DNA from: an uncultured Eubacteriales bacterium
Lineage (GTDB): Bacteria > Bacillota > Clostridia > Saccharofermentanales > UBA5734
DNA: 64,000 bases
Assembly (NCBI GenBank): GCA_903835065.1
Contig: CAILLO010000077.1
Coordinates: 127,149 to 191,148 of the forward strand
Reading direction: 5' to 3'
In this document: piece after piece, positions 1 through 8,840 of the stretch
How the letters are laid out: each line of letters starts with the position of its first letter
Position numbering within the stretch: the first letter of the stretch is position 1
Notes under the pieces: model-generated
Seen by the model: only the letters and a program-made list of their open reading frames with translations
Told to the model about the DNA's origin: nothing
The model's database searches: none
Translations under genes and position numbers: made by a program

Positions 1-986
1 ACGAGGGCGATCGCCTCGACGGGGCAGGCCTGCACGCACTTGCCGCAGCCGGTGCAGTTCGACTCCGTCACGACGGGCAGGAAGTTCGTCGTGTTGACCG
101 TGTTCGGCGTGCCGAAGCGGCGGATCGCGAGGATCGCCTCGCAGCAGCAGCCGCAGCAGTTGCAGATGAACGGGAGGTCCTCCTGCTCGTTCTCGCCGAA
201 CTGCACGAGATCGTGGTCGTAGGCCGTCTCGAGCAGCGTCAGCCCTTCGGAGACGGACATCTCGCGGGCGTGCCCGTGGCGGATCAGCGAGTCGGCGACG
301 GTGCCGAAGGTCATGCAGATCTCCATCGGGGCGTCGCAGTTCTTCCCGACGTGCATCATCTTGTGGCGGCAGTAGCAGGTGCCGACGCCGCGGTACGGGG
401 CGGTGCGGATCAGGTGGCTGACGCGCTCGTAGTCGAGGACGGTCAGCTCGTCCGAGCCCGGGAGCGGCGGCGCGGCGGGGTCGGCGCCGGCGCCGGCGCG
501 CGGGGCCGGGCGGACGCCGAGTGCGGACTCGTTGACGAACGCGCGGCCGAGGTGCGTGTCGCCGACGGCGAAAAGCTCGCGGACGAAGTCCTCCTCGACG
601 TTCAGGTATTGGTAGAAGAGTTCGGAGAGGAGCTTCTGGTCGATGTCCCCGCGCGTGCGCATCAGCGAGAACTCGAAGAACCCCGCCATCGGCGGCGGGA
701 ACATGTAGATTTTCCCCTCGGGTTTCTCGATATCGAGCAGCACGGCGCGCGAGCAGAGCTCGTCGAGGGCCGCGGCGGTGTCGACGAGGGACCAATTTAG
801 GATACCGGCCGCCTTCTCCGCGGAGAAGGGCAGGATCGGCATCTTCGAGAGGATCGCGGCCTCTCGCTCGGAGACGAGCACCTTGAGGATCGCGTCCAGC
901 GACGCGGAGGGCGGGGCGCCCTGCGGCATGAGGTTCAGCCGGTCGTTCAGGGCGCGGTAGGACGTCTTGAGCGTTCTGTGGGCCAT
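1..986 (-). CDS. 4Fe-4S dicluster / Cys-rich Fe-S protein (3' end runs off the left edge of the window)
   Basis: Not in the ORF track. Read manually: AGGAGG RBS then ATG at 986, MAHRTLKTSYRALNDRLNLMPQGAPP..., with CYCRH...C...CMTF, ICNCCGCCC and the ferredoxin motif CTGCGKCVQACP. Confidence 0.85.
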   Translation of the reverse strand, partial: MAHRTLKTSYRALNDRLNLMPQGAPPSASLDAILKVLVSEREAAILSKMPILPFSAEKAAGILNWSLVDTAAALDELCSRAVLLDIEKPEGKIYMFPPPMAGFFEFSLMRTRGDIDQKLLSELFYQYLNVEEDFVRELFAVGDTHLGRAFVNESALGVRPAPRAGAGADPAAPPLPGSDELTVLDYERVSHLIRTAPYRGVGTCYCRHKMMHVGKNCDAPMEICMTFGTVADSLIRHGHAREMSVSEGLTLLETAYDHDLVQFGENEQEDLPFICNCCGCCCEAILAIRRFGTPNTVNTTNFLPVVTESNCTGCGKCVQACPVEAIAL

Positions 987-1055
987 CGGGGCATCCTCCT
1001 CGTGCGGTCGGGCGGGCGGTCGGGCGGGCGGACGGGCGGCGGGGTTGAGCCGATT

Positions 1056-1490
1056 CTACGGCAGGGCCTCCGCGATGTTTACGGCGTCGGCGATCGCGCC
1101 GTTGCACACGGCCGGCATCTTCCCGGCGGCCTTCAGGCGGTCGACGGCGCCGGGCGCGCCCGGGTCCTCGCCGAGCAGTTCGCGGCAGAGCAGGGTGCCG
1201 TGCCGCTTGCGGAACTCGGCATGGAAGGCGCGGGCCACGGCGGCTGCGCGGGCCTTGCCGTCGAGGTCGGCCGCATCGTCGAAGCCGCGCGCGACGCCGA
1301 GGCCCATCAGCGCCCCCGTGACCGCGCCGCACACCTCACCGCAACGCATGCCGCCGCCGAAGCAGGCGGAGACGCGCAGGGCGGCCGTCCGGCCGATGCG
1401 GGGCGACCCGTCGACCAGCGCCGTGAAGACGGCCTGGGCGCAGTTGAATCCGGCGGCGTGCGTGTCGAGGGCGAGTTGCTTGCGGTCCAT
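1056..1490 (-). CDS. C_GCAxxG_C_C family putative redox protein
   Basis: GFNCAQAV, FGGGMRCGEVCGAVTGA, LCRELLG and a C-terminal Cys; GGAGG RBS. Confidence 0.85.
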   Translation of the reverse strand: MDRKQLALDTHAAGFNCAQAVFTALVDGSPRIGRTAALRVSACFGGGMRCGEVCGAVTGALMGLGVARGFDDAADLDGKARAAAVARAFHAEFRKRHGTLLCRELLGEDPGAPGAVDRLKAAGKMPAVCNGAIADAVNIAEALP

Positions 1491-1542
1491 GGGGTCCTCC
1501 TTGGGAGCTGCGCCGCATCGCGGCGGCCGGCGGCTTCTGCGG

Positions 1543-2637
1543 TCAGGTCCAGCTGCGGGTGGCCTCGAAGAGGCCGAGTTTCGTGAATCCTTCGGCGCGG
1601 ACCTTCGCCCGGTCGCCCTCTGCGGCCGCGCGGAAAGCGGCGGCGACGGCGGCCCGGTCCTCGTCGGACTTCATGCGGATGAAGTCGACCAGTACGATGC
1701 CCTGCAGGTCTCGCAGGCGCATCTGGCGCGCGGCCTCGCGCGCGGCCTCGAGGTTGGTGCGCAGGGCGAGCGGGTCGCCCGGGCGGTTGCGGACGTCCTT
1801 GCCGCTGTTGACGTCGAGGACGTGCAGCGCCTCGGTGCGGTCGAGCACCAGCGACCCGCCCGAGGGCAGTCGGACCGTGCGCCTGCGCACCGCGTCGTCG
1901 AGCCCCGCGAGGCCGAGGGCCGCTTCGAGGCCGTACCCGCCGACGGGGACGGACAGGGAGAGGAGCGGCAGCGCGTCCGGCAGGATCCGCGCGGCCTCGG
2001 CGTGGACGAGGGCGAGGAGCTCGGAACCGTCGGCGCGGACCGAGGTGACGGCGGGGCCGGCGAGGCCGCACAATGCGCGGTAGAGCGGGGCGCCGTAATC
2101 GCCGAGGTGGCGCGGGGCGGAGCCCGAGGCGGCCTCGGCGGCGAGCGCGGCCCATTCGCCGGCGAGACGCGCGAGGTCGCGGTCGAAGGCGGCGGCGGCG
2201 GCGGCCGGGTCCATGGATTTCAGGCGCGTGCGCCGCTTCGGCTCGGCGTCCGGGCGGAAGACCGCGAAGGGGCCGGGCAGCGCGATGCGCGCGTCGACGC
2301 GGTGGCCCTTGCCGTCCGGCATCCGGCGGTCGAGGAGCACCGGCAGGCGCTGGCCGGCCTTGCAGCCGGGCGGCGCGTCGGAGAGGGGCAGGAAGCCGTC
2401 GTGCTCCTCGCCGATGTCCACGAAGGCGGCGGAGAGGTCCGCCACGACGCGGCGCACGACGCCGAGGACGAGGTCGCCCTCGCGAAGCGGACGGTTCGCG
2501 GCGGCGGCAGGGTCGAGCGGGTCGGGGCCGTCGAGGACTTCGCAGGGGCGGTCGTCCTGCAGCAGGACGATCCGGAGTCGTCCGGCCGCGGTCCGATAGA
2601 CCGCGAGGGTCTCCGGCGGCCGGGCGGGCGCGTTCAT
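1543..2637 (-). CDS. rng: Ribonuclease E/G family protein (short, Rng/CafA-like)
   Basis: S1-like AAFVDIG...GFLP, LPSGGSLVLDRTEALHVLDVNSGK, TNLEAAREAARQMRLRDLQGIVLVDFI; usual position after the TIGR03936-type gene. Confidence 0.8.
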   Translation of the reverse strand: MNAPARPPETLAVYRTAAGRLRIVLLQDDRPCEVLDGPDPLDPAAAANRPLREGDLVLGVVRRVVADLSAAFVDIGEEHDGFLPLSDAPPGCKAGQRLPVLLDRRMPDGKGHRVDARIALPGPFAVFRPDAEPKRRTRLKSMDPAAAAAAFDRDLARLAGEWAALAAEAASGSAPRHLGDYGAPLYRALCGLAGPAVTSVRADGSELLALVHAEAARILPDALPLLSLSVPVGGYGLEAALGLAGLDDAVRRRTVRLPSGGSLVLDRTEALHVLDVNSGKDVRNRPGDPLALRTNLEAAREAARQMRLRDLQGIVLVDFIRMKSDEDRAAVAAAFRAAAEGDRAKVRAEGFTKLGLFEATRSWT

Positions 2638-3365
2638 GCGAGGCGGATCCGGGCGCCGTCCGGCCCGGTCGTGTAGAGGGCGGTGCGCAGGGTCTCCGCG
2701 TCGTCCGCGGCGTCCTGGGGGAGTCCGGCGTGGTCGACGAGCGCCTGCAACAACAGGTCGGGCCGCAGGTTCTCGCGGCTGCCGGCCTTGACGAGGGCCT
2801 CCAGCGCGTCGTCGTCCTTGGCCGCGAGCTCGACGAGCAGCGGGCGCACGTCGACGATCTTCGACCCTTCCTTGCCCTTCTTCGCGACGGGCAACGGGCC
2901 GGCGGCCGGAAGCCGCGCGACGGCCGCGCCGACGCCGGGGCCGCGCAGCACGTAGGACGCCTCGTGGACGGCGGCCATCAGGCTCTCCCCGCCCTCCGGG
3001 GCGATGCGCGCGCCGAGAATCCGGAGCCCTTCGGGCAGCGTCGCGTTCATCTTCCCGACGAACTCCTCGGGCGCGATGTCGGCGTCGAGGGCGAAGTCCG
3101 CGACGTCGTCCCCTGCGTCGATGCCGACGCCGAGCGGCAGCGCGAAGGTCATCACGGGGTGCGGGCTGAAGCCCTGCGTGAATGCGAGCGGCAGGCCCGT
3201 GCGGCGCAGCGTGCGTTCGAAGACGCGCATCAGGTCGAGGTGGGCGAGCCAGGACGTCGCGCCCGTGCGGGAGAAGCGGGCCCGCATCGTGCGGCCCGGC
3301 GTCATGTTCGGACGGTTGGAAGCGTTCTCGGGGCGCCTCGGTCTCGGGTTCGGCCGGTCACTCAA
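2634..3365 (-). CDS. Radical SAM-associated protein (TIGR03936/DUF2344-like)
   Basis: SWLAHLDLMRVFERTLRR...FTQGFSPHPVMTFALPLGVG; directly downstream of the TIGR03960-type radical SAM gene. Confidence 0.85.
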   Translation of the reverse strand: MSDRPNPRPRRPENASNRPNMTPGRTMRARFSRTGATSWLAHLDLMRVFERTLRRTGLPLAFTQGFSPHPVMTFALPLGVGIDAGDDVADFALDADIAPEEFVGKMNATLPEGLRILGARIAPEGGESLMAAVHEASYVLRGPGVGAAVARLPAAGPLPVAKKGKEGSKIVDVRPLLVELAAKDDDALEALVKAGSRENLRPDLLLQALVDHAGLPQDAADDAETLRTALYTTGPDGARIRLA

Positions 3366-5227
3366 AGCAGACGCCTCCTCCGAAGACCGTGGCTCCGCAG
3401 CCCGCGCAGCCCTCCCGGCAGTTCGTCGTCGTTTCTCCGGCTTCCGCGGCGCGGCTCTCCCGTACCAGGAAGTCGCGCTCGACGCCGACGTCGATGTGGT
3501 CCCAGGGCGTCGTTTCGTCGTACGGACGCTTCCGGTTCGCGTAGAAGGCCGGGTCGAGGCCCTGTTCGGCCATGATTCCGAGCCAAGCGTCGAGCCGGAA
3601 ATGGTCGTCCCACGAATCGAACCGGCGGCCGCGCTTCACGCCCTCCTCGAGCACCGCGCCCAGGCGGCGGTCGCCGCGGGCGAGGACGGCCTCGAAGAAG
3701 GACTGGTGCGTGTCGTGCCACTGATAGCGGATGGCCTTGCTGCGGAGGAGGTTCCGGAGGTGCTGCTGCTTGGCGCGCATGCCGTCCATCGATTCCTGCG
3801 GCTCCCACTGGAAGGCCGTGAAGGGCTTGGGGACGAACATGGAGGTGGAGATGTTCAGATCGAGCGGTCGCAGGCGGAGTTCGCGCGGGATCGTTCGCCA
3901 CAGCGCCTCGATCTGGTGCGCGAGCGCGGCGATGCCCTCGACGTCCTCCATCGTCTCGGTCGGGAGGCCGAGCATGAAGTACAGCTTCGCGCCGTTCCAG
4001 CCGCCCTCGAAGGCCAGCTTCATCGAGCGCATCAGGTCGCCTTCCTCGACGCCCTTGTTGACGACGTCGCGCAGGCGCTGCGTGCCGGCCTCGGGTGCGA
4101 ACGTCAGGCCGCTCTTGCGCACCTTGGACGCCTTCTCCATCAGCTCGAGCGAGACGGAGTCGACGCGCAGGGACGGGAGCGACAGGTTGACGCGCTGCCC
4201 GTCGAGATCGTCGACGAGGTGCGCGGTCAGTTCGGCGAGCCCGGTGTAGTCGCTGGTCGACAGGGACAGGAGGCCGACCTCCTCGTAGCCGGTCGCGGCC
4301 GTGGCGGCGAGCGCCTGCTTCCGGAGCGACTCCGGGCTGCGCTCGCGGACGGGGCGGTAGATGTAGCCGGCCTGGCAGAAGCGGCAGCCGCGGATGCAGC
4401 CGCGGAAGAGCTCAAGGAAGACGCGGTCGTGCACGGTCTCGAGGTTCGGGACGAGGTCGTCTTCGGGGTAACCCGCCGCGTCGAGGTCGAGCACGATGCG
4501 CTTCAGGACGCGGGCGGACGCCTCGGGGCGGTTGGGGGCGACGGAGGCGACCGTGCCGTCCTCGTTATAGGAGACTTCATAGAAGGAGGGCACGTAGATG
4601 CCCGGAATCCGGGCGGCCCTGGCGAGGAATTCCGTGCGCGGGCCCTTCCCGGCCTTCTTCCAGGCGCCGTGCAGGTCCAGCAGCTCCCCGAGTACCTCCT
4701 CCCCCTCGCCCATCACGACGAGGTCGAAGAAGTCGGCCATCGGCTCGACGTTGTACGCGCAGGGGCCTCCGGCGATCACGAACGGGTCGTCGTCGGCGCG
4801 GTCCGCCGTGCGGACCGGGATGCCGCCGAGGTCGATCATGTTGAGGACGTTGGGGAACGAGAGTTCGTACTGCAGCGTGAAGCCGACGAAGTCGAACTCG
4901 CGGAGGGGGGTCTTCGATTCGAGCGAGAAGAGCGGGATCCCCTCGCGGCGCATCGCGTCCTCCATGTCGGTCCAGGGGCGCGAAGACGCGCTCGCACCAG
5001 GTGTCGGCGCGCTGGTTGAGGACGTGGTAGAGGATGCGCAGGCCGGGGTGCGACATGCCGATCTCGTAGATATCGGGGAAGCAGAAGGCGAAGCGCTGGA
5101 AGGCCTGCGCCTCGGGCGTGCCGGGGGGCGGGACGCTCTTGGTCACGGCGTTGCGCTCGCCGCCGACGTAGCGCGCCGGTTTCTCGACCTTGCGCAGGAT
5201 CCTGCGCGGGATTTCGATCGTCGTCAT
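3358..5227 (-). CDS. B12-binding radical SAM protein (TIGR03960-like), split by an apparent +1 frameshift at the G4 run 4975-4978
   Basis: N-terminus MTTIEIPRRILRKVEKPARYVGGE...FPDIYEIGMSH...CERVFAP lies in one frame; (W)TDMEDAMR...CIRGCRFC...FAPEAGTQRLR continues in another; deleting one base joins them. Confidence 0.85.
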
Positions 5228-5307
5228 GGGGTCCCTTTCGTCCGGGGCGTTCCTTTGTCCTTGCCCGACGATTATACACGAGGCGGGCGACATGGGGAAA
5301 CGAGGGC

Positions 5308-5342
5308 TTGACTTTCATATTATGAAAGTTCATATTGAACTT
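5308..5342 (+). promoter_or_regulatory. Putative promoter/operator of the DUF2089 gene: TTGACT -35 overlapped by two palindromes
   Basis: ACTTTCATA-T-TATGAAAGT (5311-5329) and AAGTTCA-TAT-TGAACTT (5326-5342) in an AT-rich island. Confidence 0.55.
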
Positions 5343-5393
5343 ATCGAATCATTTTATCGAACCTTCGACCCGTTTTATGAAAGGAGACCCGTC

Positions 5394-5696
5394 TTGTCGA
5401 TCGAAGTCGTCCCGGACTGGATGGCCGGACTGGAGGAAGAGGACGTCGCGTTCGTCCGCAAGTTCCTCCTCGCGTCCGGTTCGCTCAAGGAAGTCGCCTC
5501 CCTCTACGGCGTGACCTACCCGACCGTCCGGCTGCGCCTCGACCGCCTGATCCAGAAGATCCGGATCGGCGAGGAGAACGCCGGCGAACCCTACATTTCC
5601 CTGATCAAGCGGCTCGCGGTCAACGAGAAGCTGGACGTCGACACGGCCAGGGTCCTGATCGCCGAATACAAGAAGGCGAAGGAGAAGAACCCATGA
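5394..5696 (+). CDS. DUF2089 family HTH protein
   Basis: AAAGGAG RBS then TTG at 5394; FVRKFLLASGSLKEVASLYGVTYPTVRLRLDRLI. Confidence 0.8.
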   Translation: MSIEVVPDWMAGLEEEDVAFVRKFLLASGSLKEVASLYGVTYPTVRLRLDRLIQKIRIGEENAGEPYISLIKRLAVNEKLDVDTARVLIAEYKKAKEKNP

Positions 5697-6025
5697 GCCT
5701 GCTGAGCGGTCTGGCCGTCCTGTTCCTGATCGGAATCCCGGTCTTCGTGGCGCTTTGCGTCGGCGAGGTCTTCCTGTCCCTGACGAAGCCCTTCTGGCCG
5801 GGTCTGGTTCTCCCCGCGCTCTCCCTGCTCGTCTCCCTGTCCGGGACCTTCGTGCTTCTGCGCCAGCTCGGAGTCAAGGGCGCGCTGCTCTTCATCGTGC
5901 TGTGCCTGGCCGCCTCCGGCCTGCTGTTCCTGGTCTACGGGATCTGCCGCGCGGTCCGCGGGCGCTCCGCACGGCTGAGCAAGGCCGAGGAGCTGAAGAG
6001 CATGGCGATCCAGGACCTCGACTGA
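5693..6025 (+). CDS. Small hypothetical membrane protein (about 3 TM), translationally coupled to the DUF2089 gene
   Basis: ATGA overlap; hydrophobic stretches; C-terminal ELKSMAIQDLD. Confidence 0.7.
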   Translation: MSLLSGLAVLFLIGIPVFVALCVGEVFLSLTKPFWPGLVLPALSLLVSLSGTFVLLRQLGVKGALLFIVLCLAASGLLFLVYGICRAVRGRSARLSKAEELKSMAIQDLD

Positions 6026-6058
6026 GCCGGCGGCGCGTTCGGCGGTCCCTCCCCCACG

Positions 6059-6090
6059 AAGAAGGCGCCCTCCACGGGGCGCCTTCTCTT
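6059..6090. terminator. Bidirectional rho-independent terminator
   Basis: AAGAAGGCGCCC-TCCAC-GGGGCGCCTTCTCTT hairpin between convergent genes. Confidence 0.7.
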
Positions 6091-6126
6091 GTGTCCGGTG
6101 CGGGTGCGTGTGCGGCGGGATGGCCC

Positions 6127-7449
6127 TTAGGAGTACTTCGGGATCCAGCTCCCGTGCGCCTCGAACAGGTCGTCGCACAGCGCGACGATGTCGTCCATCG
6201 ACAGCTCGGCGGACGCGTGCGGGTCGAGCATCGCGGCCATGTACACGAGTTCCTTCTTCCGCTTCGTCGCGGCCTCGAGGGTCATCACCTGCACGTTGAC
6301 GTTCGTGCGGTTGAGCGCGGCGCACTGCTCGGGCAGGTCGCCCACGAAGCAGGGCTGGATGCCGTTGCGGTCGACCAGGCAAGGCACCTCGACGCAGGCG
6401 TTGGAGGGCAGGTTGGTGATCAGCCCGGTGTTGAGGACGTTGCCGTGCACGCGGTAGGGCCGGTCCGTGACCATCGCGGAGATGATGTAGGACGCGAACT
6501 CGTGCGTCTTCATGTGCGCCAGCGCGTGGTCCTCGACGAGTTCGGCCCGCATCTTCTTCCACTCGTCGATCTGGCGGACGCAGCGGCGCGGGTATTCGTC
6601 GAGGGGGATCGCGAACCGGTCGATCAGTTCCGGATATCTCGACTTGATGAAATAGGGCAGGTACTCGGAAGTGTGCTCCGAGGACTCGGTGATGTAGTAG
6701 CCGAAGCGGCGCATCATCTCGTGGCGCACTAGGTCCCAGCGGCCGTCGTACTCCTCCCGGCCCTCGCGGTAGGCGCAAGCGCGGCGCTTGATCTCGGGGT
6801 AGAGGTCGTGGCCCTGCGCGTCCTCGATCTCCAGCAGCCAGGCCTGGTGGTTGATGCCGGCGATCTCCCAGCGGCAGGAGCCGATATGCTCGTCCATGCG
6901 GAAGGTCTTCAGCAGGTCGCGGGCGCAGGTCTGCACGCTGTGGCAGAGGCCGACGGCCTTCACGGGCGTGAAGCGCTGCAGATAGCCGCTCAGCATGGCC
7001 ATCGGGTTCGAGTAGTTGATGAACAGCGCGTCGGGGCAGATTTCCGCGACGTCGCGGGCGAAGTCCTCCAGGACGGGCAGCGTGCGCAGGGTGCGGAAGA
7101 TGCCGCCGATGCCGAGCGTATCGGCGATCGTCTGGCGCAGGCCGTACTTCTTCGGGATCTCGAAGTCGGTGACGGTGCACGGTTCGTAGCCGCCGACCTG
7201 GATCGCGTTGACGACGAAGTCGGCGCCCTGCAGGGCGGCGCGGCGGTCGAGGGTCGCGGAGACCGGCACGGCGCGGCCGGCGTTGCGGGCGATGTTCTCG
7301 ATCATCCGCTTCGAGTCGTCGAGGCGGACGGGGTCGATGTCGTGCAGGGCGATCGAGAGGTCGGGGATCTCGGGCGTGAGGATGCAGTCGCCGAGGACGT
7401 TCTTGGCGAAGATTGTGCTGCCGGCTCCGAGGAACGCGATACGGGCCAT
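6127..7449 (-). CDS. melA: Alpha-galactosidase, glycoside hydrolase family 4
   Basis: MARIAFLGAGST, ADTLGIGGIFR, NYSNPM, GLCHSVQ, AGINHQAW, TESSEH; GGAAGGA RBS. Confidence 0.9.
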   Translation of the reverse strand: MARIAFLGAGSTIFAKNVLGDCILTPEIPDLSIALHDIDPVRLDDSKRMIENIARNAGRAVPVSATLDRRAALQGADFVVNAIQVGGYEPCTVTDFEIPKKYGLRQTIADTLGIGGIFRTLRTLPVLEDFARDVAEICPDALFINYSNPMAMLSGYLQRFTPVKAVGLCHSVQTCARDLLKTFRMDEHIGSCRWEIAGINHQAWLLEIEDAQGHDLYPEIKRRACAYREGREEYDGRWDLVRHEMMRRFGYYITESSEHTSEYLPYFIKSRYPELIDRFAIPLDEYPRRCVRQIDEWKKMRAELVEDHALAHMKTHEFASYIISAMVTDRPYRVHGNVLNTGLITNLPSNACVEVPCLVDRNGIQPCFVGDLPEQCAALNRTNVNVQVMTLEAATKRKKELVYMAAMLDPHASAELSMDDIVALCDDLFEAHGSWIPKYS

Positions 7450-7663
7450 GGGGGGTCCTTCCTTTCCAGCATCGGCCTCTCGGCCGGACGGCGGCCGGAG
7501 TCCCGGCTTCCTACGCTTCGAGGATAGACCCGTCGCGGCGCGCGCGCGACGCCCTGGTGTTGCGGTTTCCATCGTTCATGTTGCATGGTATTCTGTAAAG
7601 GCTTGATTCAGCGTCCGTTTCCTTGCAGATATGATTCGAGCGAAGTCCGGGAGGTGCGCCGGG

Positions 7664-8494
7664 ATGGCCCATGTCGAAAGGATCTACACGTCCGGCCTGC
7701 GCGCGGGCGCCGAACTGTCCGTCCGCCACTGCGGCGAGGAGGACTGCGAGCCGGGGCATTCCTACGGACCCGCCGTCCGCGACCACTTCCTGGTCCACGT
7801 CGTCCTCTCCGGGCGCGGCGCGTTCCGGTCCGGCGGCACGGATGCGCGCCTCGCCCGGGGCGACGGCTTCCTGATCCGCCCCTCCGAGGTGACCTGTTAC
7901 GAGGCCGACCGCGACAACCCCTGGACCTACTGCTGGGTCGGCTTCGACGGCACCCGCGCGGCAGCGCTGCTGGAGCTGGCGGGACTCGCCGAGTCCTCCG
8001 TCTTCCGCCACGACCGCCCCGACGCCCTGCACGGGTGCCTCCGGGACCTGCTCGAAGCCGGACGTGGCGCGGCCTGCGAGGAGGTCGCGACGGTCGGGCA
8101 CCTCTACCGGTTCCTGTCCCAGCTGATCGAGGCGCGCGGAGCCTCCTCCCCCTCTCCGCGGGCCATGTCCGAGGAGTACGCCCTGCGCGCGGTCCGCTAC
8201 ATCGAGGGAGCCTACGGCACGCCGGTCTCGGTCGGGGCCATCGCCGCGCACCTCGGCATCGACCGCACGCACCTGTTCCGGGTCTTCCGCCGTCACCTCG
8301 GCCTGTCGCCGCAGGAGTACCTGCTCGAGTTCCGCATCCGCAAGGCGTGCGAGCTGCTGCGCCATACGGCGCTCGGCGTGGGGGAGGTCGCCTGCTCGGT
8401 CGGGTTCGACCGGCCGGCGCACTTCTCCGCGGTGTTCCGCGCCCGCCGCGGGGTGTCTCCACGGGAGTTCCGCGCGAAGGGGGATGCGGAGTAG
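7664..8494 (+). CDS. AraC family transcriptional regulator (MsmR/MelR-like), divergent from melA
   Basis: CGEEDCEPGHSYGPAVRDHFLVH cupin domain, PWTYCWVGF, C-terminal double HTH ending GVSPREFR. Confidence 0.9.
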   Translation: MAHVERIYTSGLRAGAELSVRHCGEEDCEPGHSYGPAVRDHFLVHVVLSGRGAFRSGGTDARLARGDGFLIRPSEVTCYEADRDNPWTYCWVGFDGTRAAALLELAGLAESSVFRHDRPDALHGCLRDLLEAGRGAACEEVATVGHLYRFLSQLIEARGASSPSPRAMSEEYALRAVRYIEGAYGTPVSVGAIAAHLGIDRTHLFRVFRRHLGLSPQEYLLEFRIRKACELLRHTALGVGEVACSVGFDRPAHFSAVFRARRGVSPREFRAKGDAE

Positions 8495-8498
8495 GAGT

Positions 8499-8840
8499 CT
8501 AGCAGGCGACGATCCGATGGATCGAGAACTCGCGGCCGCCGTGGAGCTCCCATTCCTTCCCGCCGCAATCCGGGCAGGTCCTCCGGTTCGCGACGACGTC
8601 GGCGACGGCTCCGCAGGCGCGGCACCGGCCGTTCGCCGGCGGCACCTCGATCTCGAGGCGCGCGCCTTCGAGCAGGGTTCCGTGGGTGGCGGCCGGAAAG
8701 CACTTCTCCACGTAATGCGGGACGACGGGTGACAGGGCGCCGATCCGCAGCACGACGGCCTCGATCTTCGTCAGGCCCTGTTCGCGGGCGACGTCCTCGA
8801 CGATGCGGACGACCTCGACCACGAGTCCCAGTTCATGCAT
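8499..8840 (-). CDS. hypA: Nickel metallochaperone HypA
   Basis: MHE N-terminus and two CxxC motifs (CRAC, CPDC), GGREF. Confidence 0.9.
   Translation of the reverse strand: MHELGLVVEVVRIVEDVAREQGLTKIEAVVLRIGALSPVVPHYVEKCFPAATHGTLLEGARLEIEVPPANGRCRACGAVADVVANRRTCPDCGGKEWELHGGREFSIHRIVAC

Noticed and set aside
1003-1043. CGGTCGGGCGGG repeated in the intergenic gap
   Set aside because: Only two to three copies of low-complexity GC sequence; no functional support.
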